DNA of 64,000 nt, from positions 128,001-192,000 of the forward strand of contig CAVXJS010000007.1 in assembly GCA_963762145.1 (NCBI GenBank). The letters run 5' to 3'. The position numbers and the translations under genes are program-made. The notes under the pieces are model-generated. The model ran no database searches. It saw only the letters and a program-made list of their open reading frames with translations, and was not told the DNA's origin. Below are positions 32,275 through 42,870 of this stretch, piece after piece; positions within the stretch are counted from its first letter, which is position 1, and the number at the start of each line of letters is the position of its first letter. This DNA comes from an uncultured Candidatus Rokubacteria bacterium (lineage in GTDB: Bacteria > Methylomirabilota > Methylomirabilia > Rokubacteriales > CSP1-6).

Positions 32275-32907
32275 ATGTTCAAGGACACCGTGACGTCCCG
32301 GGAGGAGCTGCGGGCCATCTTCGGGGCGCCGATGGAGCGCGCGGTGCTCAAGGAGCGTCCGAGCCTCGACGCCCACTCGCGCGCCTTCATCGCGAGCGCC
32401 CCGTTCGTGCTCATCGCGACCTCGGGTGCGGCCGGACGCTGCGACGTCTCGCCCAAGGGGGACGCGCCCGGCTTCGTGCTGGTGCTGGACGACCACCACC
32501 TGGTGGTGCCCGACCGGCCCGGCAACAACCGCATCGACGGGTTCACCAATATCGTGGAGAACCCGCACGTGGGGATGATCTTCCTGATCCCCGGGCGCGA
32601 GGACACCCTCCGGGTCAATGGGCGGGCGTCCATCGTGCGCGACGCGGAGATCCTGGATCGCCTCGAGGTGCAGGGGAAGCGGCCCAAGGTTGCGATCGGG
32701 GTGGAGGTGGAGGAGTGCTTCCTCCACTGCGCGAAGGCCTTCAAGCGGTCCGGCCTCTGGGAGCGCGAGCGCTGGCCCGACGTGGCCGGGCTGCCGTCGA
32801 TGGCGCGCATGTTGTGGGAACAGATCGGAGCCAAGCCGATCGGGCACGCCTGTGTCGAGGACTACGAGCGCGACCAGCAGGAGCGCTTGCGGAAGACGCT
32901 CTATTGA
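32275..32907 (+). CDS. Pyridoxamine 5'-phosphate oxidase-like FMN-binding protein (MSMEG_1061-like)
   Basis: DVSPKGD.PGF, PDRPGNNR and HCAKAF.RS motifs. Confidence 0.9.
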   Translation: MFKDTVTSREELRAIFGAPMERAVLKERPSLDAHSRAFIASAPFVLIATSGAAGRCDVSPKGDAPGFVLVLDDHHLVVPDRPGNNRIDGFTNIVENPHVGMIFLIPGREDTLRVNGRASIVRDAEILDRLEVQGKRPKVAIGVEVEECFLHCAKAFKRSGLWERERWPDVAGLPSMARMLWEQIGAKPIGHACVEDYERDQQERLRKTLY

Positions 32908-33586
32908 TCTGATCGTCGCCCGCGCGGGCCCCGTCGCCACCCTCACGCTCAACCGGCCCGAGCGCCGGAACGCGCTCGACGGGGGGCTGCTGTCCGAGCT
33001 CATCGCGACCCTGACCGCCCTCAATGACGATCCGTCTGCCCGGGTCGTGGTGCTCACCGGGGCGCCGCCGGTCTTCTCGTCGGGCGCCGACCAGGGCCGC
33101 GGGTCCGCCGCCCCGCCGCCCCCCGGGCAGTTCATCCGGCTCTTCTCCCGGCTCGCGACCGTCCTCGAGCGGCTCGAGCTGCCGGTGATCGCCGCGCTGA
33201 ACGGCCACGCGGTCGGCGGTGGGTGGGTGCTGGCCCTGTGCTGCGACTTCCGCTTCGCGGCGGAGGCGGCCCAGTGCTGGATCCCCGAGGTGGACATGGG
33301 CATCGCCCTGCACCCGGTGCTCATCACGCCGTTCGTGCGGCTGGTGGGACCGGCGCGCACCCGCGAGATCACGCTGGAGGCGCGACGCTATCCGGCGCGC
33401 GAGCAGCACGCGATGGGGCTCGTGCACCGCGTGGTGGCCGGCGACGCGCTGGCCGACGCCGCGGCGGAGTACGCGGCCCACCTCGCGGCCAAGCCCTTCC
33501 GGCCGCTCGCCGAGATGAAGGCGCGCATCAACCAGATCGCGCGCGTCACCTACCCGGAGGCCGGGCCCTTCACGGTGTCGCCATGA
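32903..33586 (+). CDS. Enoyl-CoA hydratase/isomerase family (start uncertain)
   Basis: LTLNRPERRNAL, FSSGAD, NGHAVGGG and PEV motifs. Confidence 0.85.
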   Translation: MDLIVARAGPVATLTLNRPERRNALDGGLLSELIATLTALNDDPSARVVVLTGAPPVFSSGADQGRGSAAPPPPGQFIRLFSRLATVLERLELPVIAALNGHAVGGGWVLALCCDFRFAAEAAQCWIPEVDMGIALHPVLITPFVRLVGPARTREITLEARRYPAREQHAMGLVHRVVAGDALADAAAEYAAHLAAKPFRPLAEMKARINQIARVTYPEAGPFTVSP

Positions 33587-34713
33587 GCCCCGCGCTTCCG
33601 CGCAGTGCCGACATCGTCATCATCGGAGCCGGCGCCATCGGCGCCAGCATCGCCTACCAGCTCGGCCGGCGCGGCGCCCGCGACGTGGTGGTGCTCGAGC
33701 GCGACACCGTCGGCGCCGGCTCCACCAGCAAGGCGGCCGGCGGCATCCGCGTGCAGTTCGGGACGCGGGTCGAGATCGAGCTCTCCCTCCGCGGCATCGC
33801 CTTCTTCAAGCGCTTCGAGGACGAGATGGGGGTGCCCTGCGATTTCCACCAGGAGGGCTACCTCTTCGTGGTCACCGACGAGCCGACGCTCGCGCGCTTC
33901 CGCGATAACGTCGCCCTGCAGCGGAGCATGGGCGGCGACGTGCGGATCATCGCCCCCGACGACGCGCGCGCCCTGGTGCCGTCCCTCAACGTGGACGACG
34001 CGCTCGCCGCGGTGTGGGGGCCGATGGACGGCCACGCCTCGCCCAACGACGTGGTGCAGGCCTACGCGGCCCAGGCGCGGGCCCGAGGCGTGCGCGTCGT
34101 GGAGGATACGCCGGTGACCGGCATCGTGGTGGAGCGCGGCCGGGTCACGGGGGTCCTGACCCCGTCCGGGACCATCGCGACGCGGCTCGTGGTCAACGCG
34201 GCCGGGCCCTGGGCGCCGCTCGTGGGCCGGATGGCCGGGCTCGATCTGCCGGTGGATCCGCGGCGGCGGCACATCTTCGTGACCGACGCCTTCGACGGCA
34301 TTCGCCATCCCATGCCCCTCGTCACCGACACCGGCAGCGGCTTCTACTGCCGGAGCGAGCAGGGGGCCATCCTGATGAGCCCGGGCGACATCGGGGCCAC
34401 CACGGAGTACGAGGCGCAGGTGGACTGGGGGATGCTGGAGGTGGCCGTCGAGAAGGCGATGCGGCGGATCCCCGCGCTCGAGGGCGCGCAGGTACGGCAC
34501 GCGTGGGCGGGGCTGCGGCCGCTCACGCCGGACGGCCGCGCCATCCTGGACTGGGCGCCCGGCGTGGAGGGACTCTACCTCGCGGTGGGCTTCTGCGGCC
34601 ACGGCTTCCAGCATTCTCCCGGGGTCGGCGAGACGGTGGCCGAGGTGCTGCTCGACGGGCGTTCGACGCTCGACATCCGGGACCTGCGGCTCGGGCGCTT
34701 TCCCGCGGCTTGA
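33583..34713 (+). CDS. FAD-dependent amine oxidase (DAO / sarcosine oxidase beta-like)
   Basis: GAGAIG, NAAGPW, WAGLRP.TPD and GHGFQ motifs. Confidence 0.9.
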   Translation: MSPALPRSADIVIIGAGAIGASIAYQLGRRGARDVVVLERDTVGAGSTSKAAGGIRVQFGTRVEIELSLRGIAFFKRFEDEMGVPCDFHQEGYLFVVTDEPTLARFRDNVALQRSMGGDVRIIAPDDARALVPSLNVDDALAAVWGPMDGHASPNDVVQAYAAQARARGVRVVEDTPVTGIVVERGRVTGVLTPSGTIATRLVVNAAGPWAPLVGRMAGLDLPVDPRRRHIFVTDAFDGIRHPMPLVTDTGSGFYCRSEQGAILMSPGDIGATTEYEAQVDWGMLEVAVEKAMRRIPALEGAQVRHAWAGLRPLTPDGRAILDWAPGVEGLYLAVGFCGHGFQHSPGVGETVAEVLLDGRSTLDIRDLRLGRFPAA

Positions 34714-34749
34714 CACGGCGGCGCCGGGCCGCTAACGTCCAAGTCCGCG

Positions 34750-37467
34750 ATGATGCAGAACGTTTCCCTCGATCGGCTCCGGCAGGTGGCGAACCTGGCC
34801 CGTTCGGTGGCCAGCGCCCTCGACGTGGACACCGTCCTCCGGCAGGTCGTGGAGGCGGTGCTCTCGCTCCGGCCCCGCGCCTTCTGCGTCGTGCGCCTGG
34901 TGGACGTGGAGCGGGGCGGGTATCGGCTCGCGGCCAAGGGCGGCGCTGACGACGACCCGGCGGACGTCGAGACCGTGGCCGAGGTCATCCCCTTCGGGAG
35001 GGGGATCACCCATGCGGTCGCCGAGAGCGGGCAGCCGGTGCTGCTGCCCGACGCGCTCGGCGATCCGCGGCTCGTCGGGGCGGTGTGGCGGGAGGAGCGG
35101 GGCCTCAAGGTCTACTACGGAGTTCCGATCAGCGCGGGCGGCGAGCTGATGGGCGTGCTCAACGTGGCCCTCTCCGAGACCGCGCCGCCCACCGCGGAAG
35201 AGCGCGAGATCGTGGACCTCCTCGCGAGCCACGCGGCGGTGGCGATCGGCAACGCGCGGCTCTTCGCGGAGAGCGAGATGCGGCGCCGGACCGCGGAGGC
35301 TCTCGCGGAGGTCTGGCGCTTCCTCTCCGAGACGTTCGACGTGGTCGCCCTCGGCCAGCGCATCGCCGACGTCGTGCTCCGGGCCCTGCACGTCCGCGCC
35401 GCGGTGCTCTACCGCCTTCAGCCCGGGTCGGGCGATCTCGAGGTGATCGGCCGCGCGGGCGAGGCCGAGCGCTTCTACGATCCCGGTGTGGTGGTTCCCG
35501 CGGGACACGGCGTGGTCGGCCTGGCCGTGAGCCGCCGGCAGCCGGTGGTGACGCCCGACGTGCGCGAGGACTCCCGCATCGCATCGACCGCGAGCATGCG
35601 CCCGGGGCAAACCCTGTGTCCGGCCGTGCTCTCGCTGCCGCTGGTGGTGAAGGGGCAGGTGGTGGGCGGTTTCACGGTGGGCGATACGCTCGGCCGCGTC
35701 TACACCGACGAGGATCTCCGGCTCGCCCAGACCTTCGCGGACCAGGCCGCGGTGGCGCTCGAGAACGCTCGGCTCTTCGCGGAGACCGAGCGGCGGCGCC
35801 GCGAGAGCGTGGCCCTGGGCAACGTGAGCCAGACCCTCGCCCAGTCGCTCTATCCCGGCGGCGTCGCCCAGCGGGTGGTGGACTCGGTGCGAGAGCTGGT
35901 CGGCGGGCTCGCGGCCTCGGTCTTCCGCCTCGATGTCGAGTCGGGCGTGCTGGAGCAGACGGCGTTCTCGGGGCTGTCCTCGTTCTACGACCGGCGGCCG
36001 CGGTTCCCGCGTGGAACCGGCGCGGTGGGGTTGGCGGTGACGGAGCGACGCGCGGTGGTCTCGAACAATGTCCTGGCCGACCCGCGGCTGCAGTTTTCCT
36101 CGGATGTGCGCGCGTTCCTGGAGGCCTCGCCGATCCGCGCCATCCTCGCGGTCCCGCTCATCGTGAAGGAGCAGGTGATCGGCGCGCTCGGCCTGGTGGA
36201 TGCGAATGGCCGGGTCTTCACCGAGGACGATGTGCGCCTGGCCCAGGCCTTCGCGGACCAGGCCGCGGTGGCGCTCGAGAACGCGCGGCTCTACGCCGAC
36301 GCCGAGCGGGGGCGGGTCGAGGCCGAGACGCTCTCCGGCCTCGTGCGCACGATCACCGCCACCCTCGATCCCGCGTCGGTCCTGCGCCGGGTTGCCGCGG
36401 CCGCCCGGGAGCTGTGCGGGAGCGACTCCTCCCACATCCTGCTCCGCGACGCCGAGACCGACACGATGTTCACCCGCTACGGCGTCGGCCAGGCGGTGGG
36501 CGACGCGGATGCGCCGCGCATCACGCGCGGCCGGGGCGCGGGGGGCCAGGCGTGGAGCACGGGCCGCCCGTTCCGTACCGCGAACCGGCCCAACGACCCG
36601 CGGGTGCGCGACGACTACCCGGAGGCGATCAGGCGGGAAGGCGTCATTGCCACCCTGGTGGTGCCGATCTGGATCAGCGGGCAGGTCGAGGGGCTGCTCT
36701 ACGTCTCCAATCGCGCGGATCGATCCTTCACCGACCGGGACGAGGCGATCCTGATTCGCCTGGCCGAGCACGCGGCCATCGCGATCCAGAACGCCACGCT
36801 GTACAGCCGCCTCCAGGGGCTCTCGGGGCGCCTGATGGAGGTGCAGGAGGCGGAGCGCCGCCACCTGGCCCGCGAGCTGCACGACGAGATCGGCCAGCTC
36901 CTGACCGGGCTGCGCCTCACCCTCGACGTGCCCGAGCCGCCGTCGCCCGTGCTGGCCGAGCGGCTCGGGCAGGCCCAGGCCCTGGTGCAGGAGCTGCTCG
37001 AGCGCATCCGCGCGCTCTCGCTCGACCTGCGTCCGAGCATCCTGGACGACCTGGGAGTCCTGCCCGCGCTGCTCGACAACATCGAGCGCTACATGACCCA
37101 GACCAAGATCCGCGTCCACCTGGAGCACAGCGGGCTCGACCGGCGCTTCGCCCCGGAGACCGAGACCGGCGTGTACCGCATCGTCCAGGAGGCGCTGACC
37201 AATGTTGCCCGCCACGGCCACGTGGACGAGGTGACGGTGCGCCTGTGGGCGACCGACGACGTGCTGGGGGTCCAGGTCGAGGACCACGGTGCCGGCTTCG
37301 ACCCGGACGCGGTGCTCGCCGCCGGCCGGAGCGGGGGGCTCGCGGGTCTGCGCGAGCGGGCGGCCCTCCTGAACGGCCACCTCACGGTGGAGACCCATCC
37401 GGGCCGCGGGGTCCGGCTGACCGCCGAGGTTCCCCTCAACGGCTCGCTGCGGAGGCCCAGTGAGTGA
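34750..37467 (+). CDS. Cytoplasmic histidine kinase with four GAF domains and HisKA_3
   Basis: Four GAF repeats ending A..AA.A..NA.L; ARELHDEIGQ; QEALTN; no TM helices. Confidence 0.92.
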   Translation: MMQNVSLDRLRQVANLARSVASALDVDTVLRQVVEAVLSLRPRAFCVVRLVDVERGGYRLAAKGGADDDPADVETVAEVIPFGRGITHAVAESGQPVLLPDALGDPRLVGAVWREERGLKVYYGVPISAGGELMGVLNVALSETAPPTAEEREIVDLLASHAAVAIGNARLFAESEMRRRTAEALAEVWRFLSETFDVVALGQRIADVVLRALHVRAAVLYRLQPGSGDLEVIGRAGEAERFYDPGVVVPAGHGVVGLAVSRRQPVVTPDVREDSRIASTASMRPGQTLCPAVLSLPLVVKGQVVGGFTVGDTLGRVYTDEDLRLAQTFADQAAVALENARLFAETERRRRESVALGNVSQTLAQSLYPGGVAQRVVDSVRELVGGLAASVFRLDVESGVLEQTAFSGLSSFYDRRPRFPRGTGAVGLAVTERRAVVSNNVLADPRLQFSSDVRAFLEASPIRAILAVPLIVKEQVIGALGLVDANGRVFTEDDVRLAQAFADQAAVALENARLYADAERGRVEAETLSGLVRTITATLDPASVLRRVAAAARELCGSDSSHILLRDAETDTMFTRYGVGQAVGDADAPRITRGRGAGGQAWSTGRPFRTANRPNDPRVRDDYPEAIRREGVIATLVVPIWISGQVEGLLYVSNRADRSFTDRDEAILIRLAEHAAIAIQNATLYSRLQGLSGRLMEVQEAERRHLARELHDEIGQLLTGLRLTLDVPEPPSPVLAERLGQAQALVQELLERIRALSLDLRPSILDDLGVLPALLDNIERYMTQTKIRVHLEHSGLDRRFAPETETGVYRIVQEALTNVARHGHVDEVTVRLWATDDVLGVQVEDHGAGFDPDAVLAAGRSGGLAGLRERAALLNGHLTVETHPGRGVRLTAEVPLNGSLRRPSE

Positions 37468-37490
37468 CCGCTCCCCAGACTGATCGCCCC

Positions 37491-38171
37491 ATGAGTGACC
37501 GCCCGAGCGACCGAAAGAAGACGATCAGCATCGTGCTGGCCGAGGATCATCACGTGGTCCGGCAGGGCCTGCGCGCCCTGCTCGCGGCCGAGCCCGATCT
37601 CGAGGTGGTGGGCGAGGCGGCCAGCGGCCTCGACGTGGGCGATCTCGTCGAGCGCGTGAAGCCCGACGTGCTGGTGGTGGACTTCGTGATGTCCGGGCTG
37701 AACGCGCCCGACATCATCCGGCGGGTGGCCCGGGTCTCTCCGCGCACGCGCGCGCTCGTGCTCTCCATGCACGCGAACCCCGCCTACGTGGTCGAGGCCA
37801 TGCAGGGCGGAGCCGCCGGCTACGTGCTCAAGGGCTCGAGCGCGGCGGAGCTGGTCCGGGCGATCCGGGCGGTGGCGGACGGCTTCCGGCACCTGAGCCC
37901 GCCCCTCTCGGAGGAGATGGTGGAGGCCTACGCCCAGCGCGCGGTGCCGACCGGACTCGATCTCTACCGCACGCTCACCCAGCGGGAGCGCGAGGTGCTC
38001 CACCTGGCCGCCGAGGGGCGAACCAGCGGCCAGATCGGCGCGCGGCTCAACATCAGCCCGCGCACGGTGGAGGTGCATCGGGCGAACCTGCTGCGCAAGC
38101 TGCGGCTGCGCGGCCAGAGCGATCTGGTCCGCTACGCGGTCGGTCGAGGCATCCTCACGGTCGACGGCTGA
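37491..38171 (+). CDS. NarL/LuxR-family response regulator
   Basis: EDH receiver domain; LTQREREVL...TVEVHRAN HTH. Confidence 0.93.
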   Translation: MSDRPSDRKKTISIVLAEDHHVVRQGLRALLAAEPDLEVVGEAASGLDVGDLVERVKPDVLVVDFVMSGLNAPDIIRRVARVSPRTRALVLSMHANPAYVVEAMQGGAAGYVLKGSSAAELVRAIRAVADGFRHLSPPLSEEMVEAYAQRAVPTGLDLYRTLTQREREVLHLAAEGRTSGQIGARLNISPRTVEVHRANLLRKLRLRGQSDLVRYAVGRGILTVDG

Positions 38172-38277
38172 GCCGTGCGCGGGAAATTACGTACACGTAC
38201 GAATAGACGCGGGCGCGTCCGGGCGCGCAAGGTTGCGCCAGTGCGAATCCGGTCCACGGCGGCACGGCCGATTCCCG

Positions 38278-38664
38278 ATGCCTGAATCGGAGGCTCCTCC
38301 GGCCACGATCCTGGTCGTCGAGGATGAGGAAGACGTGCGCGAGCTCGCCCGCGACATCCTCGAGATGAACGGCTACCGGGTGCTGGAGGCACTGGACGTG
38401 GCCGACGCCACGCGTCTCGCCCAGACCCATCCCGGGCCGATCGACCTGCTGATCACCGACGTGATGATGCCGGGCGCCACCGGTCCGGAGCTCGCGCGGC
38501 GGCTGCGCGCGCACCGCCCCGGCCTGCCCGTGCTCTGCATGTCGGGCTACCCGGAGAGCGCGGACCGGCGGATCGACGGCGAGGCGGGCTGGAATGCCTG
38601 GCTGCAGAAACCCTTCACGCCCGACCTGCTGATGCGGAAGGTGCGCGAGTGCCTTACCAGCTGA
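38278..38664 (+). CDS. Stand-alone receiver domain protein
   Basis: ILVVEDE, DVMMPG, MSGY and KPF motifs. Confidence 0.9.
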   Translation: MPESEAPPATILVVEDEEDVRELARDILEMNGYRVLEALDVADATRLAQTHPGPIDLLITDVMMPGATGPELARRLRAHRPGLPVLCMSGYPESADRRIDGEAGWNAWLQKPFTPDLLMRKVRECLTS

Positions 38665-38905
38665 GGGTGCCGCTCCCGAAGTAGCCGACGAACTGCCAGA
38701 CGATCCCGCCGAGGAACATCACGAGCCCGAGACCGGCGAGGGCCCGGAACGCGGTCGGCGCCGAGGTCCCCCGGCGCCACTCGCCCGCGCAGGAGAACCA
38801 GAGCCCGGCCAGCAGCAGCGCGCCGACTCCCGCGACCTGAAGCAGCCAGCCCGTCATCACCCATTTCGTGAACTGCGGATCGAAGAAGATCGTCGGATGA
38901 TACAT
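38654..38905 (-). CDS. Small hypothetical membrane protein
   Basis: ATG 38905 with AGGAG RBS; two hydrophobic helices. Confidence 0.65.
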   Translation of the reverse strand: MYHPTIFFDPQFTKWVMTGWLLQVAGVGALLLAGLWFSCAGEWRRGTSAPTAFRALAGLGLVMFLGGIVWQFVGYFGSGTLSW

Positions 38906-38919
38906 GGTCGCTCCTGTCC

Positions 38920-39687
38920 TCAGCGGGGCTGCATGCGGATGGCGCCGTCCAGGCGGATCACTTCGCCGTTGAGCATCGGGTTCTCGATGATGTGCGCCGC
39001 GAGCGCGGCGTACTCGACCGGCCGTCCCAGACGGGACGGGAAGGGCACCTGCTTGCCCAGCGAGATCCGCGCGGGCTCGGGCAGGCCGGCCAGCATGGGC
39101 GTCTCGAAGAGGCCGGGGGCGATCGTCATCACCCGGATGCCGAGCTCGGCCAGGTCGCGCGCGATCGGCAGGGTCATGCCGACCACGCCGCCCTTCGAGG
39201 CGGAGTAGGCGGCCTGGCCGATCTGGCCGTCGAAGGCGGCCACCGAGGCGGTGTTGATCACCACGCCGCGCTCGCCCTCCGCGTTCGGCGGGTTCTTGGC
39301 CATCTGGGCGGCGGCCAGCCGGATGCAGTTGAAGGTGCCGATGAGGTTGATCTGGATGGTGCGGGCGAACCCGGCCAGGTCGGCGGGCCCGCGCTTGCCG
39401 AAGGTCTTGTCGGCGGTGCCGATGCCGGCGCAGTTGACGAGGGCGGTCACCGCGCCGAAGCGGGCCACCGCGGCCTCGAGCGCCGCGGTCACCTCGTCGG
39501 GATTGGTGACGTCGGCGGGCGCGAACAGGGCCCGCTCGCCGAGCGCGGCGGCGACCTGGGCTCCCGGGGATTTCGCGAGATCGAGCAGCACCACCGCGCC
39601 GCCGCCGCCGTGCAGGCGCTCCGCGGTCGCCCGGCCGAGACCGGAGGCGCCGCCCGTGATCACCGTGGTCGAACCCGCGATCTGCAT
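38920..39687 (-). CDS. 3-hydroxyacyl-CoA dehydrogenase type II (SDR)
   Basis: [19 protein letters not shown] and [13 protein letters not shown] motifs. Confidence 0.92.
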   Translation of the reverse strand: MQIAGSTTVITGGASGLGRATAERLHGGGGAVVLLDLAKSPGAQVAAALGERALFAPADVTNPDEVTAALEAAVARFGAVTALVNCAGIGTADKTFGKRGPADLAGFARTIQINLIGTFNCIRLAAAQMAKNPPNAEGERGVVINTASVAAFDGQIGQAAYSASKGGVVGMTLPIARDLAELGIRVMTIAPGLFETPMLAGLPEPARISLGKQVPFPSRLGRPVEYAALAAHIIENPMLNGEVIRLDGAIRMQPR

Positions 39688-39743
39688 GCCGTCCTCCTCC
39701 TCCGGGGTCCCGTCGCCGACGGTGTAGTATAACCGAGCCGACC

Positions 39744-40880
39744 ATGCCGCTTCCCCTCTGGATCCGGACCCCCGAAGCCCTGGAGATGCTGGCCCGCGAG
39801 CTCGAAGGCGCGGGCGCATTGGCCATCGACACCGAGGCGGACAGTCTGCATCACTATCCGGGCAAGCTCTGTCTGGTCCAGATCGCCGACGCGCGCGGGC
39901 GCGGACACCTGGTGGATCCGCTCGCGCTCCGCGATCTCTCGCCGCTGGGGCCCGCGCTGGCCGATCCGGGCACGCTCAAGGTCCTGCACGCCGCCGACAA
40001 CGACCTCGCCTATCTCAAGCGCCTGTACGGGGTCTCGGTGGCCTCGCTCTTCGACACCGCGGTGGCCGCGCGCTTCCTCGGCGCGCCCGCCCTCGGGCTC
40101 GAGGGGCTGCTCACCCAGTACCTCGGGGTGACCGCGGTGAAGTCACGCCAGAAGGACGACTGGTCCCGACGACCGCTCACCCCGGAGCAGGAGGCCTACG
40201 CCCTCGACGACGTGCTCCACCTCATCCCGCTCCGCGAGCGCCTGCTCGAGGCCCTCCACGCGATCGGGCGGGCGCAGTGGGTCGAGGAGGAGTGCGCCGG
40301 GCTGGCCGCGCTGGTGGTGCCCGAGAAGCCGCTGGATCCGGACGCCTACATGAAGATCAAGGGCGCCCGCGAGCTGGACGCGCGCGGGCTCGCGGTGCTG
40401 CGCGAGCTGTACGCCGCGCGGGAAACGCTGGCCCTGCGGCTCGACCGTCCCCCGTTCATGATCGTGGGCAACGAGAGCCTCGTGATGCTGGCGGCCCGCC
40501 GGCCCCTGGACGTCGAGGGCATCCTGGCCGTCCCCGGCTGCACGCCGCCGGTGGTGCGCCGCGCCGGCCCCGCCATCCTCGAGGCGATCGCGCGGGGGCT
40601 CGAGCTGCCCGACGCCGACCTGCCCGCCTACCGCCCGACCCCGCGCCCGCACGTGCCCGCGGCCCAGCGGCGGCGGGGAGAGGCGCTGCGCGAGTGGCGT
40701 ACCAAGGCCTCCAAGGAGATCGGTCTCGATCCGGGCGTGCTCTTTCCGCAGCGCCTCATCGACCGGCTGGCCGCGACCCCGCCCGCCGATCTTGCCGCGC
40801 TGCGGCAGGTCGAGGGCGTGCGCGACTGGCGCGTCGATCTCTTCGGCGCGGATCTGCTGAAGGCGCTCGTGGTCGCCTGA
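39744..40880 (+). CDS. rnd: Ribonuclease D
   Basis: [14 protein letters not shown] and YALDDV exonuclease motifs plus HRDC domains. Confidence 0.9.
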   Translation: MPLPLWIRTPEALEMLARELEGAGALAIDTEADSLHHYPGKLCLVQIADARGRGHLVDPLALRDLSPLGPALADPGTLKVLHAADNDLAYLKRLYGVSVASLFDTAVAARFLGAPALGLEGLLTQYLGVTAVKSRQKDDWSRRPLTPEQEAYALDDVLHLIPLRERLLEALHAIGRAQWVEEECAGLAALVVPEKPLDPDAYMKIKGARELDARGLAVLRELYAARETLALRLDRPPFMIVGNESLVMLAARRPLDVEGILAVPGCTPPVVRRAGPAILEAIARGLELPDADLPAYRPTPRPHVPAAQRRRGEALREWRTKASKEIGLDPGVLFPQRLIDRLAATPPADLAALRQVEGVRDWRVDLFGADLLKALVVA

Positions 40881-40973
40881 CGCCCGGCTCCGGGCCGGCT
40901 TGCCCTCGCGGGTGGTTGGTGGTACCGCTGAGGGCACGAGCTGGCAGGATCTGCTTTGGAAGGGAGGGTCCCC

Positions 40974-41930
40974 ATGGCCTCCGATTCCCGCTACCTTCGC
41001 GAAGGCATCATCGCCGGCCTGATCGGAGCCGCGCTCGTCGCGGTCTGGTTCCTCATCTACGACGCGGCGATCGGGCGTCCGTTCCGCACCCCCGCGCTCC
41101 TCGGCGCCGCCACGTTCCAGGGGGTGAAGGACCCGGCCGCGGTGCCCACCGCGACCAGCCTGGTCGTGCAGTACACGGTGCTGCACGGCGTGGTGTTCGC
41201 CCTGATCGGCGTGCTCATCGCCTACCTGATCGCCTCGGCCCAGCGCGAGCCGAGCCGCGTGCTGGTCCTGTTCATCGCGCTGATGTCCTTCGAGGTGTTC
41301 TTCCTGGCGGTGCTGACGTGGCTCGCGCACCCGGTGCTCGGCGAGCTCGCCTGGTGGGCGATCCTCGTCGCCAACGCGCTGGCCGCCGGCGGCATGCTCA
41401 TCTACTTCTTCATCGGCCACCGCGCGCTCGGGCGCGCCCTGCTGGGGCCGCTCTGGACGCGCGTGGTGCGCGAGGGCCTCGTGGCCGGGTTCCTGGGCGC
41501 GGGCGCGGTGGCGCTGTGGTTCCTCGCCTACGACGCGGTCGCGGGCGTGCCGCTGCGCACCCCGGCCATGCTGGGCGCCGCGCTCTTCCACGGCCTGCGC
41601 GACCCGGCCGCGCTCGTGATCACGACGCCGCTCGTGCTGCAGTACACCGTGGTCCACGGCGCCGCCTTCGTGCTCTTCGGCCTGGCCGCGGCGGGCATGC
41701 TCGCCCTCGCCGACCGCGAGCCGCGGCTGCTCTTCGCCTTCGTCATGCTGTTCTGCTGCTTCGAGGTCTTCTTCGCCGCGATGGTGGCGATCCTCGCCGA
41801 GTGGCTGCTCGAGGCGGTCCCCTGGTGGACGATCCTGGCCGGCAACCTGCTCGCCGCGCTCGTGATGATGGGCTACTTCCTGCGCGGCCACCGGGTCACC
41901 TGGCACGAGTTCCTCCACGCCCGCCGCTAG
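40974..41930 (+). CDS. Hypothetical membrane protein made of two homologous halves
   Basis: REG..AG..GA..VA.WFL.YDA..G.P.RTPA.LGA and QYTV.HG each occur twice. Confidence 0.8.
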   Translation: MASDSRYLREGIIAGLIGAALVAVWFLIYDAAIGRPFRTPALLGAATFQGVKDPAAVPTATSLVVQYTVLHGVVFALIGVLIAYLIASAQREPSRVLVLFIALMSFEVFFLAVLTWLAHPVLGELAWWAILVANALAAGGMLIYFFIGHRALGRALLGPLWTRVVREGLVAGFLGAGAVALWFLAYDAVAGVPLRTPAMLGAALFHGLRDPAALVITTPLVLQYTVVHGAAFVLFGLAAAGMLALADREPRLLFAFVMLFCCFEVFFAAMVAILAEWLLEAVPWWTILAGNLLAALVMMGYFLRGHRVTWHEFLHARR

Positions 41931-41942
41931 CCGGGGTAGCCC

Positions 41943-42029
41943 GGGGTCAGGTCTTCAATTCCGACATTCTTGCCCGGCGGCGATGTTAGCCCTCGCGCTC
42001 CAAAATGTCGGAATTCAAGACCTGACCCC
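41943..42029. repeat. 87-bp inverted-repeat element (REP/MITE-like)
   Basis: GGGGTCAGGTCTTCAATTCCGACATT ... AATGTCGGAATTCAAGACCTGACCCC: 26-bp arms with one mismatch. Confidence 0.9.
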
Positions 42030-42078
42030 AATGTAGACTGCCCCCACGACGCAGACCACTGACTAGGAGGCGGGCATC

Positions 42079-42843
42079 GTGGCGGACGGAGCGCTCAAGG
42101 GGCGGGTCGCGGTGGTGACGGGCGGCAACGGGGGCATCGGTCTCGGCATGGCGCGCGGGATCGCCGCCGCGGGCGCGGCGGTCGTGGTCTCGGGCCGCAA
42201 CGCGGACAAGAGCCGCGGCGCGGTCGCCGAGCTCACCAAGCTCGGGGCCAAGGCGGTGGCGATCGAGGCCGACGTGGCCGACGAGGCGGCGGTCAACGCG
42301 CTGGTGCGCGCCACCGTGGATCGCTTCGGCCGCCTCGACATCCTCGTCAACAACGCCGGCATGAACATCCGGAAGCCGGCACACGAGCTGACCCTCGCGG
42401 AGTGGCGCCAGGTGCTCGACACCAACCTCACCAGCGCGTTCCTCACGAGCCAAGCGGTCTACCCGATCATGAAGAAGCACGGGGGCGGGAAGATCATCAA
42501 CATCGGCTCGATGATGTCCATCTTCGGCGCCTCGTTCGCGCCCGCCTACGCCGCCTCCAAGGGCGGCATCGTCCAGCTCACGAGGGCGACGGCGACCGCG
42601 TGGGCCCGCGACAACATCCAGGTCAACGCGGTGCTGCCCGGCTGGATCGACACCGAGCTCACCACGAACGCGCGCCGCGAGGTCGAAGGCCTCCACGACC
42701 GCGTGCTGGGGCGCATGCCCGCGGGGCGCTGGGGCGTGGCCGACGATATGTCGGGCGTCGCGGTGTTCCTCGGCGGCCCCGCCTCCGATTTCGTCACGGG
42801 CACCGCGATCCCGGTGGACGGGGGCTATTCGATCCAGGGCTGA
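42079..42843 (+). CDS. SDR oxidoreductase (KduD / gluconate dehydrogenase-like)
   Basis: TGGNGGIG, NNAG, YAASKGG and VDGGY motifs. Confidence 0.9.
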   Translation: MADGALKGRVAVVTGGNGGIGLGMARGIAAAGAAVVVSGRNADKSRGAVAELTKLGAKAVAIEADVADEAAVNALVRATVDRFGRLDILVNNAGMNIRKPAHELTLAEWRQVLDTNLTSAFLTSQAVYPIMKKHGGGKIINIGSMMSIFGASFAPAYAASKGGIVQLTRATATAWARDNIQVNAVLPGWIDTELTTNARREVEGLHDRVLGRMPAGRWGVADDMSGVAVFLGGPASDFVTGTAIPVDGGYSIQG

Positions 42844-42870
42844 AGTGCGATACAATGCACGACGCGTGAT

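Noticed and set aside
40925-40960. Sigma-54 promoter (GGCAC...GC-like)
   Set aside because: Spacing and sequence do not fit the -24/-12 consensus.
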